Source of the DNA: a virus
Taxonomy: Duplodnaviria > Heunggongvirae > Uroviricota > Caudoviricetes
Direction: 5' to 3' (one strand)
Length of the DNA stretch: 64,000 bases
Virus record (IMG/VR): IMGVR_UViG_3300027301_000002
Part shown: positions 36,977 through 46,840 of the stretch, in pieces
Layout of the letters: the number at the start of each line of letters is the position of its first letter
How positions within the stretch are numbered: the stretch's first letter is position 1
Position numbers and translations under genes: made by a program
Notes under the pieces: model-generated
What the model saw: the letters and a program-made list of their open reading frames with translations, nothing else
What the model was told of the DNA's origin: nothing
Databases searched by the model: none

Positions 36977-37759
36977 ATGAAAGATAAAATCGGCGTTGGA
37001 ATCACAACATATAATTCGGAATCATACTATAAGGCTTTGTATGAATCTTTGCCCCTTGATAGAATTGATTGTCTAGTAACAGTAAACGGAGGTGACAAAT
37101 ATCAAAATAATTATTCAGGCAAGTGGATTCAGCATACTCAAAATAAATATCCATCTGTGTGTCGGAATGAATGTGTGGAATATTTACTCGAACAAGGATG
37201 TGAGCATATCTTTATTATTGAGGATGATATGATTATTTTAAATCCAAGCATATTCGATGAATATATTAGGGTTTCAAAAGGAACTGGATTAAAGTATTTT
37301 TGCTTTGTAAGCACAGGGGCTGGTTCAGGAGATGCGCATCACCGAACACCAAAAACGATAATTGATTATCCTAATAACTTGCAAGTTGCATTTTATCAAA
37401 ATATGTGCAATGAATTTACGTACCACCATAGATCGGCTTTTCTAGATACAGGTAAATATGATGAAAATATGCGCGATGGTTTTGATGTCGACATGGTATA
37501 TAGAGAATCAAAAAAAGATTATAGCTCATTATTTTGGTGGTTTGCTGACATAGTTAATTCAGATGGGTTTATAATGAATAACCCAATCGCAACGAGTCGC
37601 TTACAAACCAATAGAGCTGATGGAAGCAGAGCGGATATTATAGATAAAATATGGGAGTATTTTTATAATAAACACCAAATCCGTGTTAATAATATCCCAC
37701 AGCCAAGTCTTAGAGATTTGAAATTTAAACTTATGCAAGCATATGAATCAAAAGATTGA
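36977..37759 (+). CDS. GT2-family glycosyltransferase, paralogue of 35483-36265
   Basis: IGVGITTYN, FIIEDD; shares FWWFADI.NS with the first copy; both are 260 aa. Confidence 0.75.
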   Translation: MKDKIGVGITTYNSESYYKALYESLPLDRIDCLVTVNGGDKYQNNYSGKWIQHTQNKYPSVCRNECVEYLLEQGCEHIFIIEDDMIILNPSIFDEYIRVSKGTGLKYFCFVSTGAGSGDAHHRTPKTIIDYPNNLQVAFYQNMCNEFTYHHRSAFLDTGKYDENMRDGFDVDMVYRESKKDYSSLFWWFADIVNSDGFIMNNPIATSRLQTNRADGSRADIIDKIWEYFYNKHQIRVNNIPQPSLRDLKFKLMQAYESKD

Positions 37760-38525
37760 CGTATTTTTACCAATAGCACCAAAAGATCTTTTCAGGTCTA
37801 GACTCGTCATTAAATATCTTTTACGAAATGTGCCTGATATTGCAACGATTCATATTTGTACACCCACACCAATTTCACCAATATTTGAAACAGGCGAGCA
37901 TGATATCTGTTATCATTTGGATCGAGAGATTCTACCATATGCCACTCCACAAAAATGGAAATTTAGACCGAATTGGATTCTGCAGCAATTTTTGAAACTC
38001 TTCCAAAACGTTACAAAAACAGAATATTACATGACAATTGATTGCGACGCTATTGTTACAAATCGTCTGGAATTATTTGAAGAAAATAGACCAATATGGT
38101 ATTACGGATATGATCAATGTGAGCCCCAATATTTTGAATTCAATAAAAAAATGTTCAATTTAGATAGAAAAGCAACACATACATATATTGGCGATATCGG
38201 TTTCTTTAACAAAAATATTATTCAACACCTAGTAAATTATGTAAATTTAACACCACAACAAATAATTGAAAAGAGCTATGATATAATTTCATATAATTGT
38301 CACCCGTCTGAATTTGAATTATATGGCAATTTTGTTGAAATGTTTTACCCCGAGCTATATATATCAAAAAGGTTAAAAGATTTAAGAACTGGCAAACTCC
38401 AATCAGATCCGTACGATACTAACTGGAGTCTTGATGAAACCCTACAATTAATTCAAAGAGGCATATCAGAAAAATACGATGTAGTTAATATGCATTCTTG
38501 GTGCATACCTTCCCATGCGTGGTAA
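37743..38525 (+). CDS. GT-A-like protein (DUF6492-like)
   Basis: WILQQFLKL, YMTIDCD, SEFELYGNF. Confidence 0.55.
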   Translation: MNQKIDVFLPIAPKDLFRSRLVIKYLLRNVPDIATIHICTPTPISPIFETGEHDICYHLDREILPYATPQKWKFRPNWILQQFLKLFQNVTKTEYYMTIDCDAIVTNRLELFEENRPIWYYGYDQCEPQYFEFNKKMFNLDRKATHTYIGDIGFFNKNIIQHLVNYVNLTPQQIIEKSYDIISYNCHPSEFELYGNFVEMFYPELYISKRLKDLRTGKLQSDPYDTNWSLDETLQLIQRGISEKYDVVNMHSWCIPSHAW

Positions 38526-38538
38526 TAATTAAAAGCAA

Positions 38539-39411
38539 ATGAAAGTAATTTTAATACATTTATCGCCACATAAATTGCCGATTAATGACAAAATGATATA
38601 TGACTATACGTACGACGAGTTGCCTCCTTATGCAGATATCTGTATCAAACAATGCAAGCATTATCTATGCGACCCGATTGTCGTTGATGATCAATACGTC
38701 ATGAAATACATGCAGCATGACATACAAAAATTATATACAATCTGCAAAGAAAAATATCCATCACAATCAACAAATGCGTTTTGGTTCACAACGATGATAC
38801 GTTTATTTGTACTGTATCATTTTTGTAAGAATAATAATATTAACGAATTTATTCACATGGAGTATGATAATTTAATATACTCCGACATGACGATGCTTAA
38901 AAAATTACAGCCATCGGTGTACTTCACTAGAGTCGATCAATATAAAAGCTCTGCAGGGTTTGTTTATTGCAATTCCTTGATTCACTTAGAACAATTTATC
39001 TCGAAAATGATAAAATTGCTGAACATTGGCGAACAATCATTATACGCCAATAATGTTATTCCATATTTTACACCAATATCAGAAATGGTAATGATTGATT
39101 TAATATATAAGGGAACACAAAATATAATAGATTATCTTCCCGCATTGCCGTTCGAACCAGCAGACGACAATTTTAATAATTTAGGGATATTATTTGACGG
39201 GGCTTCTTATGGGCAGTACATAGGAGGCACAAATAACGGACATACTAAGGGATTCTGTGATCCGAATCATTATGTTGGCAAATGCATTATTGATAATAAG
39301 CTAGATGTTATATTCGATAACCAAAAGCCCTACGCTGTACATGATAACAAACTAATACCAATTGCAAATCTTCACATCCATAGCAAACAACTAGAGCTGT
39401 ATGTGAGTTAA
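38539..39411 (+). CDS. Putative nucleotide-sugar transferase
   Basis: FWFTTMIRLF, HMEYDNL, FDGASYGQY, NLHIHSK. Confidence 0.45.
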   Translation: MKVILIHLSPHKLPINDKMIYDYTYDELPPYADICIKQCKHYLCDPIVVDDQYVMKYMQHDIQKLYTICKEKYPSQSTNAFWFTTMIRLFVLYHFCKNNNINEFIHMEYDNLIYSDMTMLKKLQPSVYFTRVDQYKSSAGFVYCNSLIHLEQFISKMIKLLNIGEQSLYANNVIPYFTPISEMVMIDLIYKGTQNIIDYLPALPFEPADDNFNNLGILFDGASYGQYIGGTNNGHTKGFCDPNHYVGKCIIDNKLDVIFDNQKPYAVHDNKLIPIANLHIHSKQLELYVS

Positions 39412-39484
39412 TTCGGCCAAATAATAGATTAATGAAAAAGTATAGTATAATAAATAGTATAATAAATAGATTATAGTTCAGCTC

Positions 39485-40594
39485 ATGAAGAAAGAAAGAA
39501 ATAAGTGCATTTTGTGTGATAATACACTTTACAATATATTAGAATTTAAACTCCCATGTTTTATGGGTGTCGTAAAAGAAGCATCTCACACAGAAGATTT
39601 TAAATTATCTTTAACACAATGTCAAGAGTGTGGAGAGATACAAACAAAAGAGCTATTTGATGTAAATATTGTATACCAAAACAACCATAACATAAACACA
39701 GTTGGTAGTATTTGGGAAAATCATTATATAGAATTTGCGAGGTTTATAAAAAATGATATCATCAATAAATCTATATTAGAAATAAGTGATCCTTCGGCCA
39801 AAATAGCAAAATTGTCTACAGAATTTGCATCATGGGATATAATAGAACCAAATCCAGAAAATATAAAAATTGAAAACGTAAAATTCACACGAGGATTTTT
39901 CGATGAAAATTTCAAGACACAAAAAAAAGATATTATAATCCATTCGCATTTGCTGGAACATATGCACGACCCAATATCTTTTTTAAAGCAGTGTCATGAT
40001 ATCTTGAAGGATGATGGTATAATGGTATTTTCAATTCCAGATATGGATTTCTTGCTAAACGCCGGATACTCGCCTGGTAATATACTTCATTTCGAGCACA
40101 CATATTTTATAAATAAAGATGTAGTTCACTATATAGCAAAAAAAACAGGATTTGAAGTAAGCGAATTCTTTTTTTATAAAAATCATTCTGTGTTTTTTAA
40201 ATTAAAAAAAATTACACCCACTAACGAAAATATAAAACCAATTAAATTGGAATTAGGCAATAAATTTACAAATAATTTTACACACCACCTATCTAACATA
40301 AAAGACATAAACAAAATCACAAATGTTAGCACAGACGAAATATATCTATTCGGAGCTCATGTATCGTCGCAATTTTATATATCAAATGGGCTAGATACAT
40401 CAAAAATCACTACCATAATAGATAACGCACCTAGTAAATCTGGTAAATTTTTATTTGGCACGGAACTGCGAGTCGAACAACCCGAAATCTTGACAAACAA
40501 AAAATGCACAATAATATGTAGTCATGTTGGCGTATATTTTGACGAAATAGTATCAAAATTAAGAAGCATTAATCAGACAATTAATATAATATGA
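39485..40594 (+). CDS. NDP-sugar C-methyltransferase-like protein
   Basis: N-terminal CILC...CQECG zinc site, HLLEH..DP, EHTYF, LFGAH, IIDNAPSKSGKF. The glycine-rich SAM loop looks degenerate (LEISDP). Confidence 0.7.
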   Translation: MKKERNKCILCDNTLYNILEFKLPCFMGVVKEASHTEDFKLSLTQCQECGEIQTKELFDVNIVYQNNHNINTVGSIWENHYIEFARFIKNDIINKSILEISDPSAKIAKLSTEFASWDIIEPNPENIKIENVKFTRGFFDENFKTQKKDIIIHSHLLEHMHDPISFLKQCHDILKDDGIMVFSIPDMDFLLNAGYSPGNILHFEHTYFINKDVVHYIAKKTGFEVSEFFFYKNHSVFFKLKKITPTNENIKPIKLELGNKFTNNFTHHLSNIKDINKITNVSTDEIYLFGAHVSSQFYISNGLDTSKITTIIDNAPSKSGKFLFGTELRVEQPEILTNKKCTIICSHVGVYFDEIVSKLRSINQTINII

Positions 40595-41340
40595 AAACGG
40601 GATTCATCATAACAGCATATAAACAAATCGATCTATGCACCAACACTATTAATATGATAAGAAAAGACTATGGTATATTAAAGACCTCACCTATTATAAT
40701 AGTAACAACATCAGAAGAAGATATCGGTTTTAAAGAGTTAGAAAATATAAATGACAATATATTCGTAATTGAAAATAAAGATGTACCTAGGTGCACGCCA
40801 GTCAATTACCTAGGAATAGAACATTACGGATTCAACTTAAGCAAGAGAATATTAATTTCATTGCAGAAGGGGTTAGATAAAGCGATCGAACTAAATTTAG
40901 ATGTTATAATACATTTACATTCAGACACTTACTGGCAATCTAATAAAATTGATATTTTGACAGAATATTTAAAAGATGTTTACGAAAATAAATTACTATT
41001 CAGTGGTGATTTATCTTTGATCGATGTGGATTCGCCAATAACAAGAGATATCCATTTTGAACCAGAAGGATTAATTATAAACATAAAAGAATCTGTAAAA
41101 TGCGGGTTTGCAAAATTTGAAAATATTTGGGCTGGTGATTTTAATTCACACAATTATGGAAGTATAGAAGCCATGATAGGACAATTTGCAGTGTGGTGTC
41201 TATCAAAACAGACAATATTATCAAACGAACCACTGCCAAAGATATATAGAGAAAAGGTAAAAATACGCCAGACAAGACCATGTCATGGCATATTCGAAGA
41301 TGGCCTCGTAAATCAAAAAATAATCCAACCATACGACTAA
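40591..41340 (+). CDS. Putative GT-A-like glycosyltransferase
   Basis: GFIITAYKQ, IHLHSDTY. Confidence 0.45.
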   Translation: MKTGFIITAYKQIDLCTNTINMIRKDYGILKTSPIIIVTTSEEDIGFKELENINDNIFVIENKDVPRCTPVNYLGIEHYGFNLSKRILISLQKGLDKAIELNLDVIIHLHSDTYWQSNKIDILTEYLKDVYENKLLFSGDLSLIDVDSPITRDIHFEPEGLIINIKESVKCGFAKFENIWAGDFNSHNYGSIEAMIGQFAVWCLSKQTILSNEPLPKIYREKVKIRQTRPCHGIFEDGLVNQKIIQPYD

Positions 41341-41443
41341 AACATTCAGAATAGTCACAAATAGAAACGGATGGATTTATAACATATAGGTGTTCATGAT
41401 TGCAAAAATGTTTAGTGATAATAAATAATATTTAAAATACAAC

Positions 41444-42145
41444 ATGCTAGAAGAATTAAATAATTTAGCTATAGTAGTACAAGGCCCCAGTGCTAATGTA
41501 GATAAAATCAAAGAAGCATATGGGGAGTACAATTTAATAATATCTACGTGGGAAGGATCTGAAACATTATATGATGCAAACGATAACGTTATCTTTAATA
41601 AGATACCAGAGGATAGAGGATTTATGAATTTTAATTTACAGATATTGTCAACATTAAAAGGCATAGAAGAGGCTAGTAATAGGGGATATAAATACGTATT
41701 AAAAATAAGATCAGATATAATCCCAACCAATTTTACAAGGTTTATTTCCAATCTTGATAAAAATAAATTAAACATGTTTTCATGGAAAAATCATGTCTGT
41801 TACACAACCTGCCCTGGATATTTAACGGATCATTTAATGCTCGGGACGGTAGAGGATATGTACACGTTATGGGACATAAAAGACACAACATGGATTGAAG
41901 TACCTGAAATACAATTAACACAACAGTATATAACAAAACTACAAGGAAAAAGAGATATTCGTTTTTTTATAAACGACCTAGGAATTGAAAATGATTTTTA
42001 TTGGATAAAGCGTAATATATATTTATCATGGTTTAGGGAAATGTCACAAGATGGAGTTCGAGGCATGCACTTGTGCAACGATACCAAAGAATACATACAT
42101 AGCGAGTATATTAATTTTTTACCACCCGAAAGGAGAATCAAATAA
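41444..42145 (+). CDS. WavE-like lipopolysaccharide synthesis protein
   Basis: AIVVQGP, IISTWEG, NLQILSTLKG, VLKIRSD, DHLMLG, PEIQL. Confidence 0.65.
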   Translation: MLEELNNLAIVVQGPSANVDKIKEAYGEYNLIISTWEGSETLYDANDNVIFNKIPEDRGFMNFNLQILSTLKGIEEASNRGYKYVLKIRSDIIPTNFTRFISNLDKNKLNMFSWKNHVCYTTCPGYLTDHLMLGTVEDMYTLWDIKDTTWIEVPEIQLTQQYITKLQGKRDIRFFINDLGIENDFYWIKRNIYLSWFREMSQDGVRGMHLCNDTKEYIHSEYINFLPPERRIK

Positions 42146-43515
42146 TGATAAAATTAATTATCTTTGATTTAGACGGAGTCTTGATAGATACCAAAGCTCT
42201 ACATTATCAATGTCTAAATACTGCATTAGAATCAATTGACCCAAAATATACAATATCATTTAACGAGCATCTTATAAAATACGACGGATTAAAAACAGGC
42301 GAAAAATTAAAATTGTTATCAAAGGAAAAGAATCTACCAGAACACCTACATAGGCAAATATGGATAGAAAAACAACGACTGACTCTTAATTCATTAGATG
42401 ATATAAAAGAATCTGATAAGTTAAAACACCTACTTGATAATTTATCCCAAGATGGTTATAAGATTGCATGTTGTACTAATTCTATTCGAAAAACAGTAAA
42501 TACTATTCTCTCAAATTTAGGAATAATATCGCATTTTGATTTGATATTATCTAATGATGATGTTGAAAATAGCAAACCACATCCGGAGATATACTGGACC
42601 GCGATGAGTAAGCTAAAGATGATGCCAGGCGAAACATTGATAGTCGAAGATTCACCAAATGGTTTGATTGCCGCATGCAGAAGCAATGCAAATGTTTTTA
42701 GAGTAAATTCACCAAATGACTTGACACATGGATCATTATACGATAAGATAAATACCAATAAAAATAACATGAAAATACCAAAATGGAAAGGCGAAAATCT
42801 TAATGTTTTAATTCCGATGGCAGGAGCAGGCAGTAGATTCCAAAGTGCAGGGTATACATTTCCAAAACCACTAATCGATGTCCGCGGAGACCCGATGATA
42901 CAGCGCGTAGTTGATAGTTTGAATATCGATGCAAATTATATATATATTATCCAAAAAGAGCATAGGCAGAAATATAATCTAGATACTTTACTAAAATTAA
43001 TAACACCAAAATGTAGTATAGTCGAAGTTGATGGTATAACCGAAGGTGCTGCATGCACTACGCTCATTGCGAAGGAATTAATCGATAATGATGTGCCGTT
43101 ATTAATTGCAAATTCTGATCAATTTATCGAATGGGATAGCAGCGAGTTCTTCTATAAAATGATCGAACAAAAAGCAGATGGTGGTATGCTAACGTTTAAA
43201 TCTACACACCCAAAATGGTCGTTTGCCAAAGTCGACGAAAGTAATAATATCACTGAAGTTGCAGAAAAGAACCCAATATCCGACATAGCATCTGTCGGTA
43301 TATATTACTGGCAAAAAGGCAGCGACTATGTCAAATACGCAGAACAGATGATTGAGAAGAATATTCGTGTTAATAATGAATTTTATATCTGCCCAGTTTT
43401 TAACGAAGCGATTTGTGGCGGCAAAACAATCAAAATACATAATATCGAAAAGATGTGGGGATTGGGTACACCAGAAGATCTCGAGTACTTTATTAAAAAT
43501 TACACAACCAATTAA
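42145..43515 (+). CDS. HAD phosphatase fused to a sugar-phosphate nucleotidyltransferase
   Basis: FDLDGVL...KPHPEIY...VEDS, then IPMAGAGSRF...PKPLI...WGLGTPEDL. Confidence 0.85.
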   Translation: MIKLIIFDLDGVLIDTKALHYQCLNTALESIDPKYTISFNEHLIKYDGLKTGEKLKLLSKEKNLPEHLHRQIWIEKQRLTLNSLDDIKESDKLKHLLDNLSQDGYKIACCTNSIRKTVNTILSNLGIISHFDLILSNDDVENSKPHPEIYWTAMSKLKMMPGETLIVEDSPNGLIAACRSNANVFRVNSPNDLTHGSLYDKINTNKNNMKIPKWKGENLNVLIPMAGAGSRFQSAGYTFPKPLIDVRGDPMIQRVVDSLNIDANYIYIIQKEHRQKYNLDTLLKLITPKCSIVEVDGITEGAACTTLIAKELIDNDVPLLIANSDQFIEWDSSEFFYKMIEQKADGGMLTFKSTHPKWSFAKVDESNNITEVAEKNPISDIASVGIYYWQKGSDYVKYAEQMIEKNIRVNNEFYICPVFNEAICGGKTIKIHNIEKMWGLGTPEDLEYFIKNYTTN

Positions 43516-43527
43516 CCAACAAAAAAT

Positions 43528-44193
43528 ATGAATAAAGAAGATGCAGATCTGCTCTCAGTATTAATTGGGTCATGTGATAAATATCGCCACCTTTGGGAAA
43601 ATTTTGACATTCTGTTTAAAAGATATTGGCAATTAAAAACAAAAAATATTTTTGTAAGCGAAACGATTAAGATACAATATAAAGATTATATTAGTGTAAC
43701 TCCTGGGGCTAATTTACAATGGACTGATATCATGTTAAAAGGTCTTAATGAAATTAAGACACCATATGTTTGTCTTATTCTTGAAGATTATTATTTGACA
43801 GAGCCGATTACGTCGAAATTTATAAGAGAGCATATTCAAATGTTAGAGCATCATAATGCGGATAAAATATTATTTGATAGGTTATACCCACCAGGCATAT
43901 ATGAATTAAAACATCTTGAAAATAATTTGTATATATTCAATCAACATAGTGATTATTTAAATTCCGTACAACCTGCAATTTGGAAAACCGAGTATTTGAA
44001 ACATTTACTAGAATCACATTCTTGCAATCCGTGGCAATTTGAAGTAGATTGCAACAGATATACCCAACAACTTAATCCAAAAATTCTCTTAAATGCAAGA
44101 GATCATTCTATGTATTTTAACTACACGAGATCCGGTGGAATAATAGCAGATGGATGGCAGGATGTTTTTGCTAAAGAAGATTTGACACCATAA
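43528..44193 (+). CDS. Putative glycosyltransferase-like protein
   Basis: GSCDKY..LW, LILEDY, QPAIWK, PWQFE. Confidence 0.45.
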   Translation: MNKEDADLLSVLIGSCDKYRHLWENFDILFKRYWQLKTKNIFVSETIKIQYKDYISVTPGANLQWTDIMLKGLNEIKTPYVCLILEDYYLTEPITSKFIREHIQMLEHHNADKILFDRLYPPGIYELKHLENNLYIFNQHSDYLNSVQPAIWKTEYLKHLLESHSCNPWQFEVDCNRYTQQLNPKILLNARDHSMYFNYTRSGGIIADGWQDVFAKEDLTP

Positions 44194-44228
44194 TCTGGAC
44201 GGAGATAATATATAAAATAGAACATTAC

Positions 44229-44816
44229 ATGAACACACTTATTATTAATCTAAAGCATAGGCAAGATAGGTTTGAGCATATTACTAATGAGATTAAAAAA
44301 TTAAGCAATGTTATTAGCAATGTATATAGGGTTGAGGCAATTATCGACGAGACAAGAACTGCATTCAAATCACACAAACAATGCATCAGAATAGCAAAAG
44401 AACGCAAATGGCCGTATGTTTTAATTCTCGAAGATGACGCAATGTTTGAAGACAACGCGAATGATATTTTGCTGAGATCAGTAAACGAGATACAAAATCA
44501 TAATTGGGATGTACTATATCTTGGTGCATCTTTGCTTGCGCATACTACAAGAGTATCCGACTGCTTAATAAAATTAACGCACGCATATGCACTACATGCA
44601 TATATTGTAAATTCGCAAATGTATGATACTATTTTAAACTTACCACAAATATATGAAATGGATGTTCACTATAACCTGATTATGCCTCAACATAATATGT
44701 ATATGTGTGATCCTATGATAGCGTATCAAATGCCAAATTATTCTGATTTACAAAACGGATATAGGGATTACAACGCAGCGATGAAAGAAGCCTATAGTGA
44801 ATTAAAACCGCGATAA
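44229..44816 (+). CDS. GT25-family glycosyltransferase
   Basis: INLKHRQDR, SH, LILEDD, WDVLYLG, HAYIV. Confidence 0.75.
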   Translation: MNTLIINLKHRQDRFEHITNEIKKLSNVISNVYRVEAIIDETRTAFKSHKQCIRIAKERKWPYVLILEDDAMFEDNANDILLRSVNEIQNHNWDVLYLGASLLAHTTRVSDCLIKLTHAYALHAYIVNSQMYDTILNLPQIYEMDVHYNLIMPQHNMYMCDPMIAYQMPNYSDLQNGYRDYNAAMKEAYSELKPR

Positions 44817-44905
44817 AATTCATTTGAATACGAGCTTTTTTGCAATAAATACAAATGATATGATTTGATTTGTAAAGAGTCGGTTGTAATTTTTATAGAT
44901 ATTTT

Positions 44906-45436
44906 ATGATAAAAGTTCTCGGAGACGATATAATTATAGATGAAGATATTTTTATAAAACAGGATTTAATTATCAATGGTTCACATGTAGCCATTGATAA
45001 GGGATTTTATTGTACAACCAACACTACTATTGGTAGTTATGTGCATGTCGGCCCTTATGTAACAATAATAGGAGGTAAAGATGGCTCATTTACTTCAAAG
45101 GGATTTAATAATATAATGGCGGGTGCTAGGATTATATGTGGGTCTGATAGGTTTGATGGTAGTGGTTTATTTGGTGCAATGATACCAAAGGATTTAAAAG
45201 GAACACAAATTATAAAACCCATTGTGATGGAAGAGTTTTCTAATATAGGTACAAATTCTATCGTATTGCCCGGATCTATACTAAGAAAAGGTGTTTTACT
45301 AGCAGCAGGTAGTTTATTGATGGGAGATACAGAAGAATGGGGCGTTTATAAAGGAAATCCGGCAGTGTTAGTTAAAAAAATTAATCCTGAAAAAATAATC
45401 AAAAATGCTAAAAAATTAGGCTATGATGAATTTTAA
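44906..45436 (+). CDS. Hexapeptide-repeat (left-handed beta-helix) acyltransferase
   Basis: IGSYVHVGPYVTI, IGTNSIVLPG, GNPAVLVK. Confidence 0.85.
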   Translation: MIKVLGDDIIIDEDIFIKQDLIINGSHVAIDKGFYCTTNTTIGSYVHVGPYVTIIGGKDGSFTSKGFNNIMAGARIICGSDRFDGSGLFGAMIPKDLKGTQIIKPIVMEEFSNIGTNSIVLPGSILRKGVLLAAGSLLMGDTEEWGVYKGNPAVLVKKINPEKIIKNAKKLGYDEF

Positions 45437-46250
45437 AAAAGTTAAAATCAATATGATTGCTGGCGGGTTTCAACACAGTATATCATCAAACGACCTGCCT
45501 CCAAAATTTATTGAATGGACCAAAGACGGCTCGGCATCGATTTCTGTTTATATAGATCATGGAATATATCATCAAACAACACCACATACAAAAAACTATG
45601 GATGGATATGTGAATCTAAAACAATTATACCCGATATTTATTCATGGGCCGAAAATAATTCTGATTTACTGAAGACAAAATTCATAAAAGTTTTTACACA
45701 TGATGCACAATTAGCCAAAACGTCAGATATATTTCAATTAACACAATGTAGTGGCAAATCATATTTTAAGCAGGGCGAAATATATCCAAAAACTAAATTA
45801 ATATCAATGATCGCATCAAATAAAATAATGTGTGCAGACCATCAATATAGACAGCACATAATTCAAAAATTTTCAAGTAAATGTGATCATTTCGGCAGAG
45901 GTTACAATGAAATACAAAACAAAGAAAGTGGTTTAAAAGATTATTGCTTTTCAATAGCAATGGAAAATGCAACGTATTCCAACATGTTTACCGAAAAAAT
46001 AACAGACTGCTTTATGACAGGCACAATCCCGATTTACTACGGTATGCCAAATATTAGTGATTACTTTGATACTGATGGTATAATAATATTGGATGATAAT
46101 TTTAAAGTCGAAGATCTGTCTTTTGAACTGTATTATTCTAAAATAAAATCAGTTGAAAAAAATCTTCAATTAGCCGTTGACTTGTTGATGGCGGAAGATT
46201 ATATTTATAAAAACTTTATTGAAAATAGATACATAAAATATGTCATTTGA
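45423..46250 (+). CDS. GT10-like (fucosyltransferase-type) glycosyltransferase
   Basis: YCFSIAMEN, FTEKITDCFMTGTIPIYYG. Confidence 0.7.
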   Translation: MMNFKKVKINMIAGGFQHSISSNDLPPKFIEWTKDGSASISVYIDHGIYHQTTPHTKNYGWICESKTIIPDIYSWAENNSDLLKTKFIKVFTHDAQLAKTSDIFQLTQCSGKSYFKQGEIYPKTKLISMIASNKIMCADHQYRQHIIQKFSSKCDHFGRGYNEIQNKESGLKDYCFSIAMENATYSNMFTEKITDCFMTGTIPIYYGMPNISDYFDTDGIIILDDNFKVEDLSFELYYSKIKSVEKNLQLAVDLLMAEDYIYKNFIENRYIKYVI

Positions 46251-46836
46251 AACCGTTAATGAATTTGAAAAGGCTGTAGCTAATTTTTTTGGTTCACCAT
46301 ATGCTGTCGCAGTAGATAGTTGTACTCATGGCATTGAATTATGCTTAAGATATACAAAGGAGACAAAAATAAATGTACCTAAAAGAACGTATTTATCAGT
46401 GCCTTTTTTAGCGGAAAAAATGGGACTACAAAGAGTGTGGAGAGATGAAGAATGGGAAGACTACTATGTACTTAACTACAGTAGTAAGAAGATAATAGAC
46501 GCTGCGGTTCTTTGGAGAAAGGATAGCTATATACCAAATACATTTATGTGTATTAGCTTTCAATATCAAAAGCATCTTTCACTGGGTCGTGGTGGAATGA
46601 TTTTGATTGACAATAAAAATGATTACGCTATACTTAAAAAAATGTCTTACGATGGTAGGTTACCAAATATACCATGGAGAGAACAAAATATTGATACAGT
46701 TGGATATCACTACTATATGACACCAGAGGTAGCCGATTTAGGATTAAAAAAAATAAAACAGGCAATTGATACTGCACCTAAGAAATGGCTAGTTACTGAT
46801 TGGCCCGACCTGACAAAAATGGAAATTTTTAAATAA
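46240..46836 (+). CDS. Short DegT/DnrJ/EryC1/StrS-family PLP enzyme
   Basis: FEKAVA.F.G..YAVAVDSCT, IIDAA, SFQYQKHL..GRGGM; only 198 aa. Confidence 0.75.
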   Translation: MSFETVNEFEKAVANFFGSPYAVAVDSCTHGIELCLRYTKETKINVPKRTYLSVPFLAEKMGLQRVWRDEEWEDYYVLNYSSKKIIDAAVLWRKDSYIPNTFMCISFQYQKHLSLGRGGMILIDNKNDYAILKKMSYDGRLPNIPWREQNIDTVGYHYYMTPEVADLGLKKIKQAIDTAPKKWLVTDWPDLTKMEIFK

Positions 46837-46840
46837 AATT

